From positions 2,912,001 to 2,976,000 of the forward strand of contig CBDCTJ010000007.1 of the NCBI GenBank assembly GCA_965222115.1: a stretch of DNA of 64,000 nucleotides. Direction: 5' to 3'. Under the pieces are notes generated by a model, which was given only the letters and a program-made list of their open reading frames with translations, had not been told where the DNA came from and did not search any database. Both the position numbers and the translations under genes were made by a program. Positions 19,348-28,776 of this stretch are shown here, one piece after another (within the stretch, counting starts at the first letter, position 1; every line of letters begins with the position of its first letter). This DNA is from Planctomycetota bacterium. GTDB taxonomy: Bacteria; Planctomycetota; PLA2; JAEUHO01.

Positions 19348-20256
19348 ATGCTGAAGTTTTCAACCGGGTCGATCGTGCCCGCATCCGCCCTCTTCATGGC
19401 CGCGTGCCTCGTCTTTGGCGCACTCGGCGGCGTCGTCTATGCCAAGGAAGCACCGGGCGCAGAGCCGAAGCCAGGTGCCCGCGATGCCGAGGATGCGGTG
19501 CGCTCCACCGAAGAACTCGTTGAGGCCCTCAAGAGCAAATCGCCCGACGAACTCACCACCGCCGCCAACGAGGCCGCCAAGGTTCCCGATCATGAGTTGC
19601 TGCGCCCCCTTACAAAGTTGCTGAGCAACAAAGATCGAGCGGTTCGAATCGCAGCCGTTGATGCGCTGAAGACCCGGCAAGAGAAGGCCGATCGCAAGAA
19701 GGCCGCGAGTTCGCTTGGTGCACACCTCAACAAACGCACCAAGCTCGAAGATTTGCCAGAACGCCTTGCCGTGATCTATGCGTTGCATGATCTCGCAGAA
19801 CCCGGCTCGATGAAGGCGTTGCTTGATGGCATTGACCGCAATATGGAAGCGGGCGAGGTGAGTGCGCGACTCAAGGCGGTCGCCAATGTGCCGAGCAAAG
19901 AAGCCATTGAGCTACTCATCAAGTTTATGGACTCCGGCGGGCGTCGCGATCGCCCCGGTCAACGCGGCGCCGCCGACGGTGCGCTCCGCTACGCAACAGG
20001 TGCCGGCAATATCCGCAAGCAATGGAATCGCATCAAAGGCCGTGGCGGTGACAATGCTTGGCGTGAGTGGTGGCGCGAGAACAAGAAGACCTTTGACCCC
20101 AAGGCCGCCGCCGCAAAACGCGAAGAAGCACGCAAAGAAGCCGCCGAGAAGGAAGCCAAGCGTCTCGAAAAGCGAAAGAAGAAAAAGGAACGCGCCAAGC
20201 AGAAGAAAAAGGGCAAAAAGAAGCACCAAAAGGAGCCTCAGGGAGAAGAGGCGTAG
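19348..20256 (+). CDS. Exported HEAT-repeat protein with Lys-rich tail
   Basis: Signal peptide, HEAT-like helices, WREWW motif, KKKKE tail; GGAG RBS. Confidence 0.75.
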   Translation: MLKFSTGSIVPASALFMAACLVFGALGGVVYAKEAPGAEPKPGARDAEDAVRSTEELVEALKSKSPDELTTAANEAAKVPDHELLRPLTKLLSNKDRAVRIAAVDALKTRQEKADRKKAASSLGAHLNKRTKLEDLPERLAVIYALHDLAEPGSMKALLDGIDRNMEAGEVSARLKAVANVPSKEAIELLIKFMDSGGRRDRPGQRGAADGALRYATGAGNIRKQWNRIKGRGGDNAWREWWRENKKTFDPKAAAAKREEARKEAAEKEAKRLEKRKKKKERAKQKKKGKKKHQKEPQGEEA

Positions 20257-20281
20257 ACGCTATCCAGACCGGACAAGGGCC

Positions 20282-23200
20282 CTACTTCTTGTCTTCCCCG
20301 AGTTTGCGGGCTTTGCCCAAACCAACACGTGCAATGCGGTGCAACAAACCCATTTTCGCTTCGCCAATGCCAATGCAGTGTATCTCGCAGTGGCGGAAGA
20401 AGTTGCGGCGAAAGAGGTCGAGCATGAAGTCGCCGGAGCCCGATGCGTAGGGACCGGGGTAGTTGAGGGTGGGCGTGTCTTTGGCTTTGATCCCGGTTTC
20501 ACGGTCCACGACGGCGTGATCATTGGGATCGCGCTTGTCGTTCTTGACGAAATCATCAACCGTGGGTGCTCCATCAGACAACACGAAGATGGAATCGCAG
20601 CCCTCGAGATTTCCCTTCTTGTTGATGTAGACGTAGCCACTCATGGACTTGCCCAGGGTTCGCGTGAGCGCTTTGGCGATCCCTCCGTGCAAGTTGGTTT
20701 CGCCCATGAGCGACCCCCACTTGACCTGCGTCTTGTGTTTTCCTTCGCCGGTCTTGCCGGGCTTGATTGCGTAGAGTTCGCTAATCGCCTTATTGACATT
20801 GGCGGGCGTGGTTTCAATTAACTTCGTCGTGCATTTGAGTGGCTCAGCCTCGCTCCCAAACTTCACGACACAGAAATGGGTCTTTGGCGGCAGGTCGAGC
20901 AATGACTGCATAACAAGCGCGCGTGCGAGGTCAAAGCGCGTCTTTACACGTCGCCAATCCACCGCATCTTCGGGTCGCTTGGGTTTGGACGGCGCCCCGG
21001 TAACCACCTTGGGCATTTCGCGCGGCTCAAGCGGCGTCAACATCGAATCGCTCATGTCAATTACATAGGCGATGCGGGTACCGCTTGCGATCAGACCCGC
21101 GAACGTTGGTCCGTACCCCCGCACTTCGCCGCCCGCGCCGCTACCTCCTGCGCGAACTTCACGCATCCACAGGCTCTTGTCGAGTCCTTGGGGAGATACC
21201 TCCAGTCCGTAAGCAATGTGGCGCACCACGGTGAGCTTGGTACGGCGTAGTGTCTCTTTGTCATCAAATGTATCGAGCAGCGCGAGCGCGGCCTGCTTGT
21301 AGTCATCCTCGTCGTGACGTGTCCCCATGGCAGAGAAGGCAGAGGCCATGGCTTCGATGAGCAACATTCGCTCGTTTGGCTTGAGTTTGGACGCACGCAG
21401 TTCCTTCGTCCAAATAGGTATTTTCGCAAGCAATTCACGATCTTGTTGAGATGCCATTGCCCGTATGGCGGCAGCCCGAAGAAAGAGATCATGCCCGAAC
21501 GCGGCGGTCGTTCGTGCCGACCGATCATCGCCGGCACGGTTGGCGAGCGAAAGACCGCGAAACCAGAGCCAGGCATCTCGCCGCTGTTGATGTTCGCCTC
21601 GCCACCAAGCAAACGTGGGTAGCGCACCCTGATTGCCAAACGCACGCAGGGCCATATCGACAATGGTCTGCTGCGTCTCAGGGCGGGGCTCCTTGCACGT
21701 CGCGTAGTCGTATACCAGTGTCTCCAGTGCCCGGATATCGGCGCCCTGCAGAAACGATCGTCGCCCGCGTGTTCGCTTGTTCAGACTTGGACGTTTCAAC
21801 TGCTTGGCGAGTGCCTTCTTGCGCTTGCCAAATGCATCATCTGACTCGCCAAACGATCGCGGGCGAAGCAGTGTGTCCCAACCATGTCGCAAGTCACCGA
21901 GCGGGCTCGACACAGAAGCGTTCTCAATGACACGCGTTTGGGCTGGGTGCGCGGTGTGGAGTGCAATCGCTGCGAACTCGGCACGCATGGCGCGACGCCA
22001 ATAGGCAAGGTCGCAGGAGAGCAATGCGGGATCCGGATACGCTCCCCACGCCGCCAACCCCAATGGAAGCGTGCGGGCGGGCGCCCTGCGACTCTTGATC
22101 GACTTTGCGACCCACGAATCAACCTGTGTAGGCGACGCAGACAATGCGATAAGCGTATCGAATCCACTCAGCATCACTTTGTCATCGATCGGCATGTCTT
22201 TGTTGGCAACGCCTCCCTGCGCCAATGAACACGCCCTTCGCAGTCCGGCGTGCAAGTCGGCGGCTCCCTCACGCTTCAAGTCGTAGAGGGCATCAAGAAT
22301 AATCTTCTTGTTGGCGGCCGTGGCCGCGACCCATGTCCCTAAGCCCGACTGCTCGATCTTGAATCGGTGGGCGTAGGGAATCACGGCAACGTGGTCATGG
22401 GGCTTTAACTGTTCCAAGATGCTGCGAACAAGTAGACGCTGCAGCTCAAGGATGGTTTTCGGTTGCTTGAACTCCGGCACAAGTCGGACAGCCGTTTCCT
22501 TGTCAGCCGGCGCATCCGTAAAGTTCGATGCATCGACAAGAATGGCAAAGCGGGAGCCCACCAACTCACGCACACCCACATCCACCGACGTCAACCGGGC
22601 GGCATCACTCTTCTTCGTGCGCACCGGGCGATCGCGATGCTTCGCCCAGGTAGATGATTCCGTGTAGGCGTGCTTCGCGTCGTAGAGTTTCTGTAGCGAC
22701 CGAGCGATCACGACTTTGGTACGTACTGGTGTCGCGGCGTCATCAAGGCGCTTCTCGAGCAAGTCCGCGGCCGCCCGCACCGGCGCCTCCGAAATGCCAC
22801 CCTCAATGCGCGGCAAGCTCACCGCAATCGTCTCAATCCAATCCGACTGACGTGCAGGCTTCTTGGGCAGCATTGAAAGGAATGTGGGTGCCTGTTCGGC
22901 TACGGCGATATGCCCATGTTCGCCAAGTGCGGCGAGAATCGGCAACTTCAGTTCGTGGGGAAACTCCTCATCGGCTAGGTAGGCCAACGCCTCGTCTACA
23001 CCCGGTGAGGTACGCGCGTCCACCAGCATGGACGTATACCAGAGCCACTCATGCCCCGGCCGGTCATAGGCCAACCGCAACGCCTTGCGCTGTTCGTACT
23101 GCTTCGGCCGTTGAAAATAGCGCGCCAACTGCGCCGCCGCCACGACCCGCGAACGCCCCGAGTCCCTCTTCGGACTGGCGTAGGCTTTCTTCAATGTCTC

Positions 23201-23404
23201 AAACGCATCGGGTGTTCCCATGCGCGCATAACGCTCAAGCGCCGGAAACCGAATGCTCGGCGACGCATGATTCCCCGCATCGTTCGCATCGCGCTTGGGA
23301 TCGACGTACCCCTTACCTTCGGCGATAGGCGGCCCCAACGACCCAACCAATGCCACAAGGGCTGCGAATCGTATCGTTGCCAACACTCGAGGATGATGAA
23401 GCAT
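20282..23404 (-). CDS. Exported protein with two tandem helical+vWA modules
   Basis: Signal peptide; ILVDASNF and YVIDMSDSM vWA motifs, GETNLHGG, IFVLSDGAPT. Confidence 0.75.
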   Translation of the reverse strand: MLHHPRVLATIRFAALVALVGSLGPPIAEGKGYVDPKRDANDAGNHASPSIRFPALERYARMGTPDAFETLKKAYASPKRDSGRSRVVAAAQLARYFQRPKQYEQRKALRLAYDRPGHEWLWYTSMLVDARTSPGVDEALAYLADEEFPHELKLPILAALGEHGHIAVAEQAPTFLSMLPKKPARQSDWIETIAVSLPRIEGGISEAPVRAAADLLEKRLDDAATPVRTKVVIARSLQKLYDAKHAYTESSTWAKHRDRPVRTKKSDAARLTSVDVGVRELVGSRFAILVDASNFTDAPADKETAVRLVPEFKQPKTILELQRLLVRSILEQLKPHDHVAVIPYAHRFKIEQSGLGTWVAATAANKKIILDALYDLKREGAADLHAGLRRACSLAQGGVANKDMPIDDKVMLSGFDTLIALSASPTQVDSWVAKSIKSRRAPARTLPLGLAAWGAYPDPALLSCDLAYWRRAMRAEFAAIALHTAHPAQTRVIENASVSSPLGDLRHGWDTLLRPRSFGESDDAFGKRKKALAKQLKRPSLNKRTRGRRSFLQGADIRALETLVYDYATCKEPRPETQQTIVDMALRAFGNQGALPTFAWWRGEHQQRRDAWLWFRGLSLANRAGDDRSARTTAAFGHDLFLRAAAIRAMASQQDRELLAKIPIWTKELRASKLKPNERMLLIEAMASAFSAMGTRHDEDDYKQAALALLDTFDDKETLRRTKLTVVRHIAYGLEVSPQGLDKSLWMREVRAGGSGAGGEVRGYGPTFAGLIASGTRIAYVIDMSDSMLTPLEPREMPKVVTGAPSKPKRPEDAVDWRRVKTRFDLARALVMQSLLDLPPKTHFCVVKFGSEAEPLKCTTKLIETTPANVNKAISELYAIKPGKTGEGKHKTQVKWGSLMGETNLHGGIAKALTRTLGKSMSGYVYINKKGNLEGCDSIFVLSDGAPTVDDFVKNDKRDPNDHAVVDRETGIKAKDTPTLNYPGPYASGSGDFMLDLFRRNFFRHCEIHCIGIGEAKMGLLHRIARVGLGKARKLGEDKK

Positions 23405-23498
23405 TGGAAGATTGTAGAGCCAGGCGCGAACAGTAAAGCGCCGTGGCGAGTGCGAGCGGTCGTAGCTGGCGAAATTCTCGGTACTGCGACGATTGTGT

Positions 23499-23628
23499 GT
23501 CCACGTCCACGTCCACGTCCACGTCCACGAGTCGGCGTGAATCGATCTTCGGATGACCACTCTTAAGTACGGGTCTCGGGTAGCGGGTGACGGGTGACGA
23601 AGTGCGAATCATTCGAATCATTCGAATC
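23499..23628. repeat. Compound short-tandem-repeat element copy A: (GTCCAC)x5 - core - (GGGTGAC)x2 - (ATTCGAATC)-like x3
   Basis: Read directly; core tcttaagtacgggtctcgggt is shared with copy B. Confidence 0.85.
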
Positions 23629-23813
23629 TGCACCCGGCACGTTCCTCGAATCAGATCCGACGCTCACCGAGTCATACTCACTTTGCAACTCTGAACAGTT
23701 GCGCTTCTTCCTGAGATATATCTCTTACAACGAACACCTAATCGAGCTTAGGCCTAGGATCGAGCATACGTCGCCGGTACACCGCATCGCTTTCTTCGTT
23801 CCGGGATCCTCGA

Positions 23814-26800
23814 TTACTTCTCCGCTGGTATCTGGATCTCGGTTGTCTCTCCCGCGACAATTTCAAACGAGCCAATGCCGATTCGGTTCTTTACGTCCTG
23901 TGAGAACAACCTTGACTGATCCATTCTCATGACCTCAATCGAATCCTTTGTGACTGCAAGCAACTCGTAACGCCCAGCAATCATCGACTTCATAAACGCC
24001 TTGCCTTCTCGGATAGGCCCAATACCGCTCACGGTGCGTAGCCCGCCACCCAACTCAGCCACCACGATCAATATCGCATTCGACCGATCATACCTCTTTC
24101 CTATTGAAACGCGAAGTGACCCCGTCGACAACGATACGTCGTGTTCGATGTCCTCGCTGCTTGCTTCGGCGGCGATGAACGTCCGATGAACGCCATGGGC
24201 TAGGTCAACGGGTAGGAAGTAAACGAAGCATGCCCCCTCATGGGAAAGCTCAAAATCGTACATTCCCTTCTGATCGGCTTTTCCTGCCGCGAGCGGCCCA
24301 TCCCCCAATGTCATGCTGAACAGGAAGGCGATGGGAACCGACCGCGAAACAGCAAGTCTGCACCCCACCGCTGGCGATCCATTCATCGAGATGCGGCCTC
24401 GTACATGCACATGCCCGGCTGCAGGTAGGGTCGATGTAATCTCATGGATCGCAGTCTTCGCGTGTTGTACTTCGACGTTCCACGGAATCACTCGTTCACC
24501 GGGCGATGGACCGCTCGTCATGCTCATCGACGCTTCGTCTGACCGAATATCACGCCTGACCAAGCGCACTTCATACCTCCCTGGCATGAGCAGGCTAAAC
24601 GTGTACGCGCCGTGCTCATCGGTCCTCGTAGTGCGGGGGTGTCCATCGCCACGAGAGATTCCAACAATCACATTCCTCACACCATGACCGTGATTTCCCC
24701 GCACGTGGCCGCGAAGTGAACCGCCTTCATCGAGCGAGAGTTTGAGATCCGTCACCCTGGTTTCATTGGTGAACTCGATTCGCTGCGACTCGGCGGGCGC
24801 GAAGCCTTCGGCTTCCGCTCGCACGATGTGTGCTCCTTGATCTTCAGCGGACAGTGCAAAGCGACCGTCCATCGTTGTGCTTGTCGAGTGTGTTGAACTC
24901 ATCGGATTTGCCCACAGAGGAAATCCGAGACGTGTCGCACCTTCGGTGTCGTCAAACACGCGAAACAGTCGTACCGTGGCGCCCTCGAATGGTTTGCCGT
25001 TCGCCATGACGATCCCAGTAACGCCTCCCATTCCCTGAAGCGTAACATTGAGTGGATCGGGCACATCGGCGCGCGTATAGGGACCTAGTGCCACTTTCTG
25101 GTACCCACGTGCATCAACGATCAGCTCAAACGGGACTCCATCGGGTATCTCCGCATCGACGTAGTCAAGTCCATCTCTGGGGTACGAATTAGAACTCCCT
25201 TCCGTCGATTTGCAACGGACCGTAACGTGATTGGGTTGGACACCGTCGGTTGTATCGATATTCACGCGTACTGTGTCGACCTTGCGTAAGACAAAGTCAT
25301 GGACGGTAGGCGAACCGATCAGATTGACGAATGTACTTGATGTAAATCCTCTGAAGTTGCTCTTGGCTTGAATCGTGGCCTTGGCGTCCTTAGGTAGATA
25401 CAACTCAAACGCGCCGGACGAATCAGGGTAGATCGTTGTATTCCACCTTCCGTACTCGTAATTTACCTTGGCGTGTACATCCACAGATCGAACCGCACGA
25501 CCATCTTCGAATCGCACGATGCCCCGAACCGCATCCTTGGGCCCCAATGGTCTGAGTACGACCTCAACGTCATCAATGGTCCTGCCTGACACCACTTCTA
25601 ACAGCTCGCTGAATGCGCTATGTCTACCCCTTGCATGTGCGAGTACGCACACGACATCTTCGCCTACCCCGCGGAGCAGAAATGTCCCGTCGCCGGATGT
25701 CTTCGCTGTACTTGGAAAGCATGCAAACCGGTCAAGAAGCAGATGGCGACGGCGCCAGTTGGGCGAGAGAGCATTCGTCGCCGCAATCGCAAGTTCCAGT
25801 GTGACGTCGGCACCTTCCACAGGAACTCCCCGCTCATCAACGACGCGCCCTCGCACCTCGCCACCGGGAGACAATACAATCGTCCCGACGTCTTGATCTT
25901 GTCCGGGCTCGACCTCGATCTTCGCTTCGTTGACGGCGTAATTGGAGGCAAAAAATCGCAAACGAAGATCGCCATGTAGTTCATGCGACCTAAATGAGAA
26001 CTTGCCGTTTGCGTCCGTGGCAGTGAATGGTGCCGAGATCGTGCCCGCGTCGGAACCGTCATCTTCGTTTGTGTCTCCGGAAGATCGTGTCCAACGCGGT
26101 ATACGATAAACAACTGCGCGTTCAATTGGCTGCCCTTCTGCGTCAACCACACGTCCCGACACGCAGATCCCGTGAACGTCGCTCTGCCACCAATCCTCTG
26201 AGCCTTTCTCCATATCCTGCCAACGACGCATGTTCGCGTCCGGCACCGTGAAAGGCCCACGTTTAGTCCCACGACCGCGTAGTCCGACGGGTTGTCCCGT
26301 GGGGTCCATGAGCCCCTCACTCGCGCGCTTGACGACTGTGTCACTTGCATCCGGCTGTCGCAAGATGTGGGAAAGCAAGAAAGCACACGCGACGAGACTT
26401 GCGACAATGCCACCGATGAGCACTTTTTCCATCACGCTGAGGGCCGCAACGGTGACCGTCTCTACCGCGGCGCCACCACCGGTAGCCGCAAAGGGACTGA
26501 GTGCCTTCTGCCAGGCATTGCGATCTGAGTCATAGCGTCCATCAAGTTCGCGGCGCAACAGCACAAGCCCGCGGGCGTGGCGGCTGCGCACGGTAGCAGA
26601 GGCCACTCCTTCTTGCCTTGCGATCTCGGCCATCGAGATGCCATCCAAGTAGTGACGAACGATGGTGGATCGAATCGGATCGTCGAGCACAAGTATGGCC
26701 TGAGCCAGATGACGCTGTGCCTCGACCCGCTCCGCCACGTCAGCGGTTGACGGTGCGTGGCCTCGCTTGCGCCCGACAGCGAGCTCCCGTTTGGCCCGTC

Positions 26801-27029
26801 GTTGCTCGGATCGCCAGCGCGCTTTCGCCCTATTTCGGACCGTTCCCGCCAACCATCCTCGCCGAGTGGCCTTGGGCTCTGGCGATTCCTTCATGGCCGC
26901 AAGCAACGTCTCTTGCGCTACATCGTCCGCCGTTCCCGGATCGTGAATCAGATTCGCTGCCAACCGCCGAATCCACCCCGCTTGCGCTAGCAGTCGTTTC
27001 AGGTCGTAGCTTGCGTCGGGAGTGCTCAT
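23814..27029 (-). CDS. ECF-type sigma-70 factor fused to a TM helix and extracytoplasmic carboxypeptidase-regulatory-like repeats
   Basis: ADDVAQETLLAA, WLAGTVRN (region 2), SMAEIARQEGVASATVRSRHARG (region 4), TM helix, repeated GRVVD..G.P..GA.V beta-sandwich motifs. Confidence 0.88.
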   Translation of the reverse strand: MSTPDASYDLKRLLAQAGWIRRLAANLIHDPGTADDVAQETLLAAMKESPEPKATRRGWLAGTVRNRAKARWRSEQRRAKRELAVGRKRGHAPSTADVAERVEAQRHLAQAILVLDDPIRSTIVRHYLDGISMAEIARQEGVASATVRSRHARGLVLLRRELDGRYDSDRNAWQKALSPFAATGGGAAVETVTVAALSVMEKVLIGGIVASLVACAFLLSHILRQPDASDTVVKRASEGLMDPTGQPVGLRGRGTKRGPFTVPDANMRRWQDMEKGSEDWWQSDVHGICVSGRVVDAEGQPIERAVVYRIPRWTRSSGDTNEDDGSDAGTISAPFTATDANGKFSFRSHELHGDLRLRFFASNYAVNEAKIEVEPGQDQDVGTIVLSPGGEVRGRVVDERGVPVEGADVTLELAIAATNALSPNWRRRHLLLDRFACFPSTAKTSGDGTFLLRGVGEDVVCVLAHARGRHSAFSELLEVVSGRTIDDVEVVLRPLGPKDAVRGIVRFEDGRAVRSVDVHAKVNYEYGRWNTTIYPDSSGAFELYLPKDAKATIQAKSNFRGFTSSTFVNLIGSPTVHDFVLRKVDTVRVNIDTTDGVQPNHVTVRCKSTEGSSNSYPRDGLDYVDAEIPDGVPFELIVDARGYQKVALGPYTRADVPDPLNVTLQGMGGVTGIVMANGKPFEGATVRLFRVFDDTEGATRLGFPLWANPMSSTHSTSTTMDGRFALSAEDQGAHIVRAEAEGFAPAESQRIEFTNETRVTDLKLSLDEGGSLRGHVRGNHGHGVRNVIVGISRGDGHPRTTRTDEHGAYTFSLLMPGRYEVRLVRRDIRSDEASMSMTSGPSPGERVIPWNVEVQHAKTAIHEITSTLPAAGHVHVRGRISMNGSPAVGCRLAVSRSVPIAFLFSMTLGDGPLAAGKADQKGMYDFELSHEGACFVYFLPVDLAHGVHRTFIAAEASSEDIEHDVSLSTGSLRVSIGKRYDRSNAILIVVAELGGGLRTVSGIGPIREGKAFMKSMIAGRYELLAVTKDSIEVMRMDQSRLFSQDVKNRIGIGSFEIVAGETTEIQIPAEK

Positions 27030-27216
27030 ATGCGCGTATCCACATTCTGCGTTACCTAAAGTTGCCGCGCCATCCACTTTCGTTGGTGCCAAACTCCGAA
27101 TTATGCCGCCCACCTGAATTTTCCACGTCCACCCTTCGACGCGCACTGCGCTGATCTGAGATCCGCTTGCTTACTCAGGATCTGGTGCAAAAGGGCTTCG
27201 CCAATCTGCTCTCGAC

Positions 27217-27360
27217 GCCCACGTCCACGTCCACGTCCACGTCCACGTCCATGTCCTTTACGCTGGACGAGTCGATTCAATACGCGTTCATTCTTGAGTA
27301 CGGGTATCGGGTTTGGGGTAACGGGTGACGGGTGACGGGTGACAGGTGACAGGTGACGGG
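27217..27360. repeat. Compound short-tandem-repeat element copy B: (GTCCAC) about x6 - core - (RGGTGAC) about x6
   Basis: Read directly; core tcttgagtacgggtatcgggt; same orientation as copy A. Confidence 0.85.
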
Positions 27361-27545
27361 AATCGAGGCGCCAATCGTGCAAACCACAGCCAACATCTTT
27401 CGGCGTTTCTTTCCAGTGTTCGCACGCCCTTTCGCCCCCGCAAGGCTCGACCAAATTTCTGACACGTTCGCTTTGGCCCCGTCGGGGCCACCCTCCTGGC
27501 CACTACTCACCATCCACATGAAAGCTCGTCCCGCGACCCCGGCGA

Positions 27546-27586
27546 TGCTTGGTGTCCTTTGTGAGACCTTTCTTCTTCTCCAAGCC
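27546..27586. repeat. Dispersed repeat with 9-bp periodic core, copy 2
   Basis: tgcttggtgtcctttgtgagacctttcttcttctccaagcc matches 3457-3504. Confidence 0.75.
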
Positions 27587-27708
27587 CCGTCTCGCCACCG
27601 GGCGCATTCACGACTTGTCAAATCCGCACCGCTCGACGCTTGCGCCCTGCGCCTCTGCAACTCACCGCCTCTGCGTGAGAACCGCCGCTCCAACGGCGGT
27701 CGCCGGCA

Positions 27709-27885
27709 CTAGTCGCTTTCTTCAGCGCCCTGCGCTTCATTCCGAAGCTCCACCACTTCACGCCCAAGCCGATCCAGCAGCACCCCTTGTTCTACAACGG
27801 TGCAATTGAGTTGCTCGAGCAGGCGTTCCAAGTGCATTAGACGCGACTCGGCTTCGATCAGACGTTCTTCCGTACTCGCGGCCAT
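27709..27885 (-). CDS. slyX: SlyX family protein
   Basis: EERLIEAESRLMHLERLLEQLN..VVEQ coiled coil; AGGGAG RBS. Confidence 0.75.
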   Translation of the reverse strand: MAASTEERLIEAESRLMHLERLLEQLNCTVVEQGVLLDRLGREVVELRNEAQGAEESD

Positions 27886-27907
27886 GTCGTACTCCCTTTG
27901 TGTCGTT

Positions 27908-28177
27908 TCACTCGGGCTTGCGCGGCGGCTTCTCCGGGTTATCCCAGAACTGGCGATGGCTGCCGTCGCAGTAGGGATGTTTGTCCGTGGCGGAACACGT
28001 ACACCACGCGATGTTTCGCCCCACGTCTTCCACCTTCTCAATTACCGGACGTTTGTCCGTGTCCTTGTGTGAGCCGTCGCAAAACGGGGCATTGCCCGTA
28101 TTCCCGCATGCGCAGATTGCGTGCGTTCCCGGTTCGAGAGGTGTGACGAGGGGGCGTGGTTCTTGTTTTTCGCTCAT
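27908..28177 (-). CDS. CDGSH iron-sulfur domain protein (two CDGSH motifs)
   Basis: CACGNTGNAPFCDGSH and CTCSATDKHPYCDGSH. Confidence 0.92.
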   Translation of the reverse strand: MSEKQEPRPLVTPLEPGTHAICACGNTGNAPFCDGSHKDTDKRPVIEKVEDVGRNIAWCTCSATDKHPYCDGSHRQFWDNPEKPPRKPE

Positions 28178-28216
28178 GCCACAAGTCTAGCGCAGCGTGA
28201 ACCGAGAGGATCGAGG

Positions 28217-28690
28217 CTACTTGGCGGCGGCCTTCTTGTCCTTCTTCTTGCCCTTCTTTCCCTTCTTGCCTTCGTCCTCCTCGGGCTCAGGGGCCTTGGG
28301 ACGGGCCACAAACTCCCACACGGCGCGGGGGGCATTGTCGCCGAGCTGATTCTTGCTCATGCGGAGGATGCGGGTGTAGCCACCCGGACGATCGGCGAAG
28401 ATTGGAGCAATCGTCTCCACCAAGAACTTCAGAATCTGGCGATCGGGGATATCTCGGCGGAGCAGGCGGAGTTGGTGGACATATGCCGGATTGTCGCCAG
28501 CCTGTTTCAGCGCGTTTGCCTTCTTGGCACGCGTGACGAGCTTCTCAACGAAGGGGCGCGTGGCCTTCGCCTTGGCCATGGTTGTGACGATGCGTCCATT
28601 GAGAAACAGGGCGCGAGCGAGGTTGCGGCGCATGGCCAACCGGTGCTGGGTGTCGGCCGTCAGTTTCTTACCGGCTACTTTGTGTCGCAT
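28217..28690 (-). CDS. rplQ: 50S ribosomal protein L17
   Basis: MRHKVAGKKL, RIVTTMAKAK, DRPGGYTRI. Confidence 0.97.
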   Translation of the reverse strand: MRHKVAGKKLTADTQHRLAMRRNLARALFLNGRIVTTMAKAKATRPFVEKLVTRAKKANALKQAGDNPAYVHQLRLLRRDIPDRQILKFLVETIAPIFADRPGGYTRILRMSKNQLGDNAPRAVWEFVARPKAPEPEEDEGKKGKKGKKKDKKAAAK

Positions 28691-28776
28691 GGCGCCCTCG
28701 AAAATTAGCGTCGGCATCTCCGCGAATGCCGCGTTCCTGAATTGTGAAAGGGTAGTCCTAAGGAGAGGTCCCTGGA

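Noticed and set aside
23405-23560. WTWTWT N-terminal extension of the vWA ORF, and GRGRGR / PVTRH small ORFs at 27101-27693
   Set aside because: These are translations of the non-coding hexamer/heptamer arrays; the signal peptide begins at 23404
23499-23628. Possible CRISPR array
   Set aside because: Units are 6-9 bp and contiguous, with no unique spacers and no cas genes
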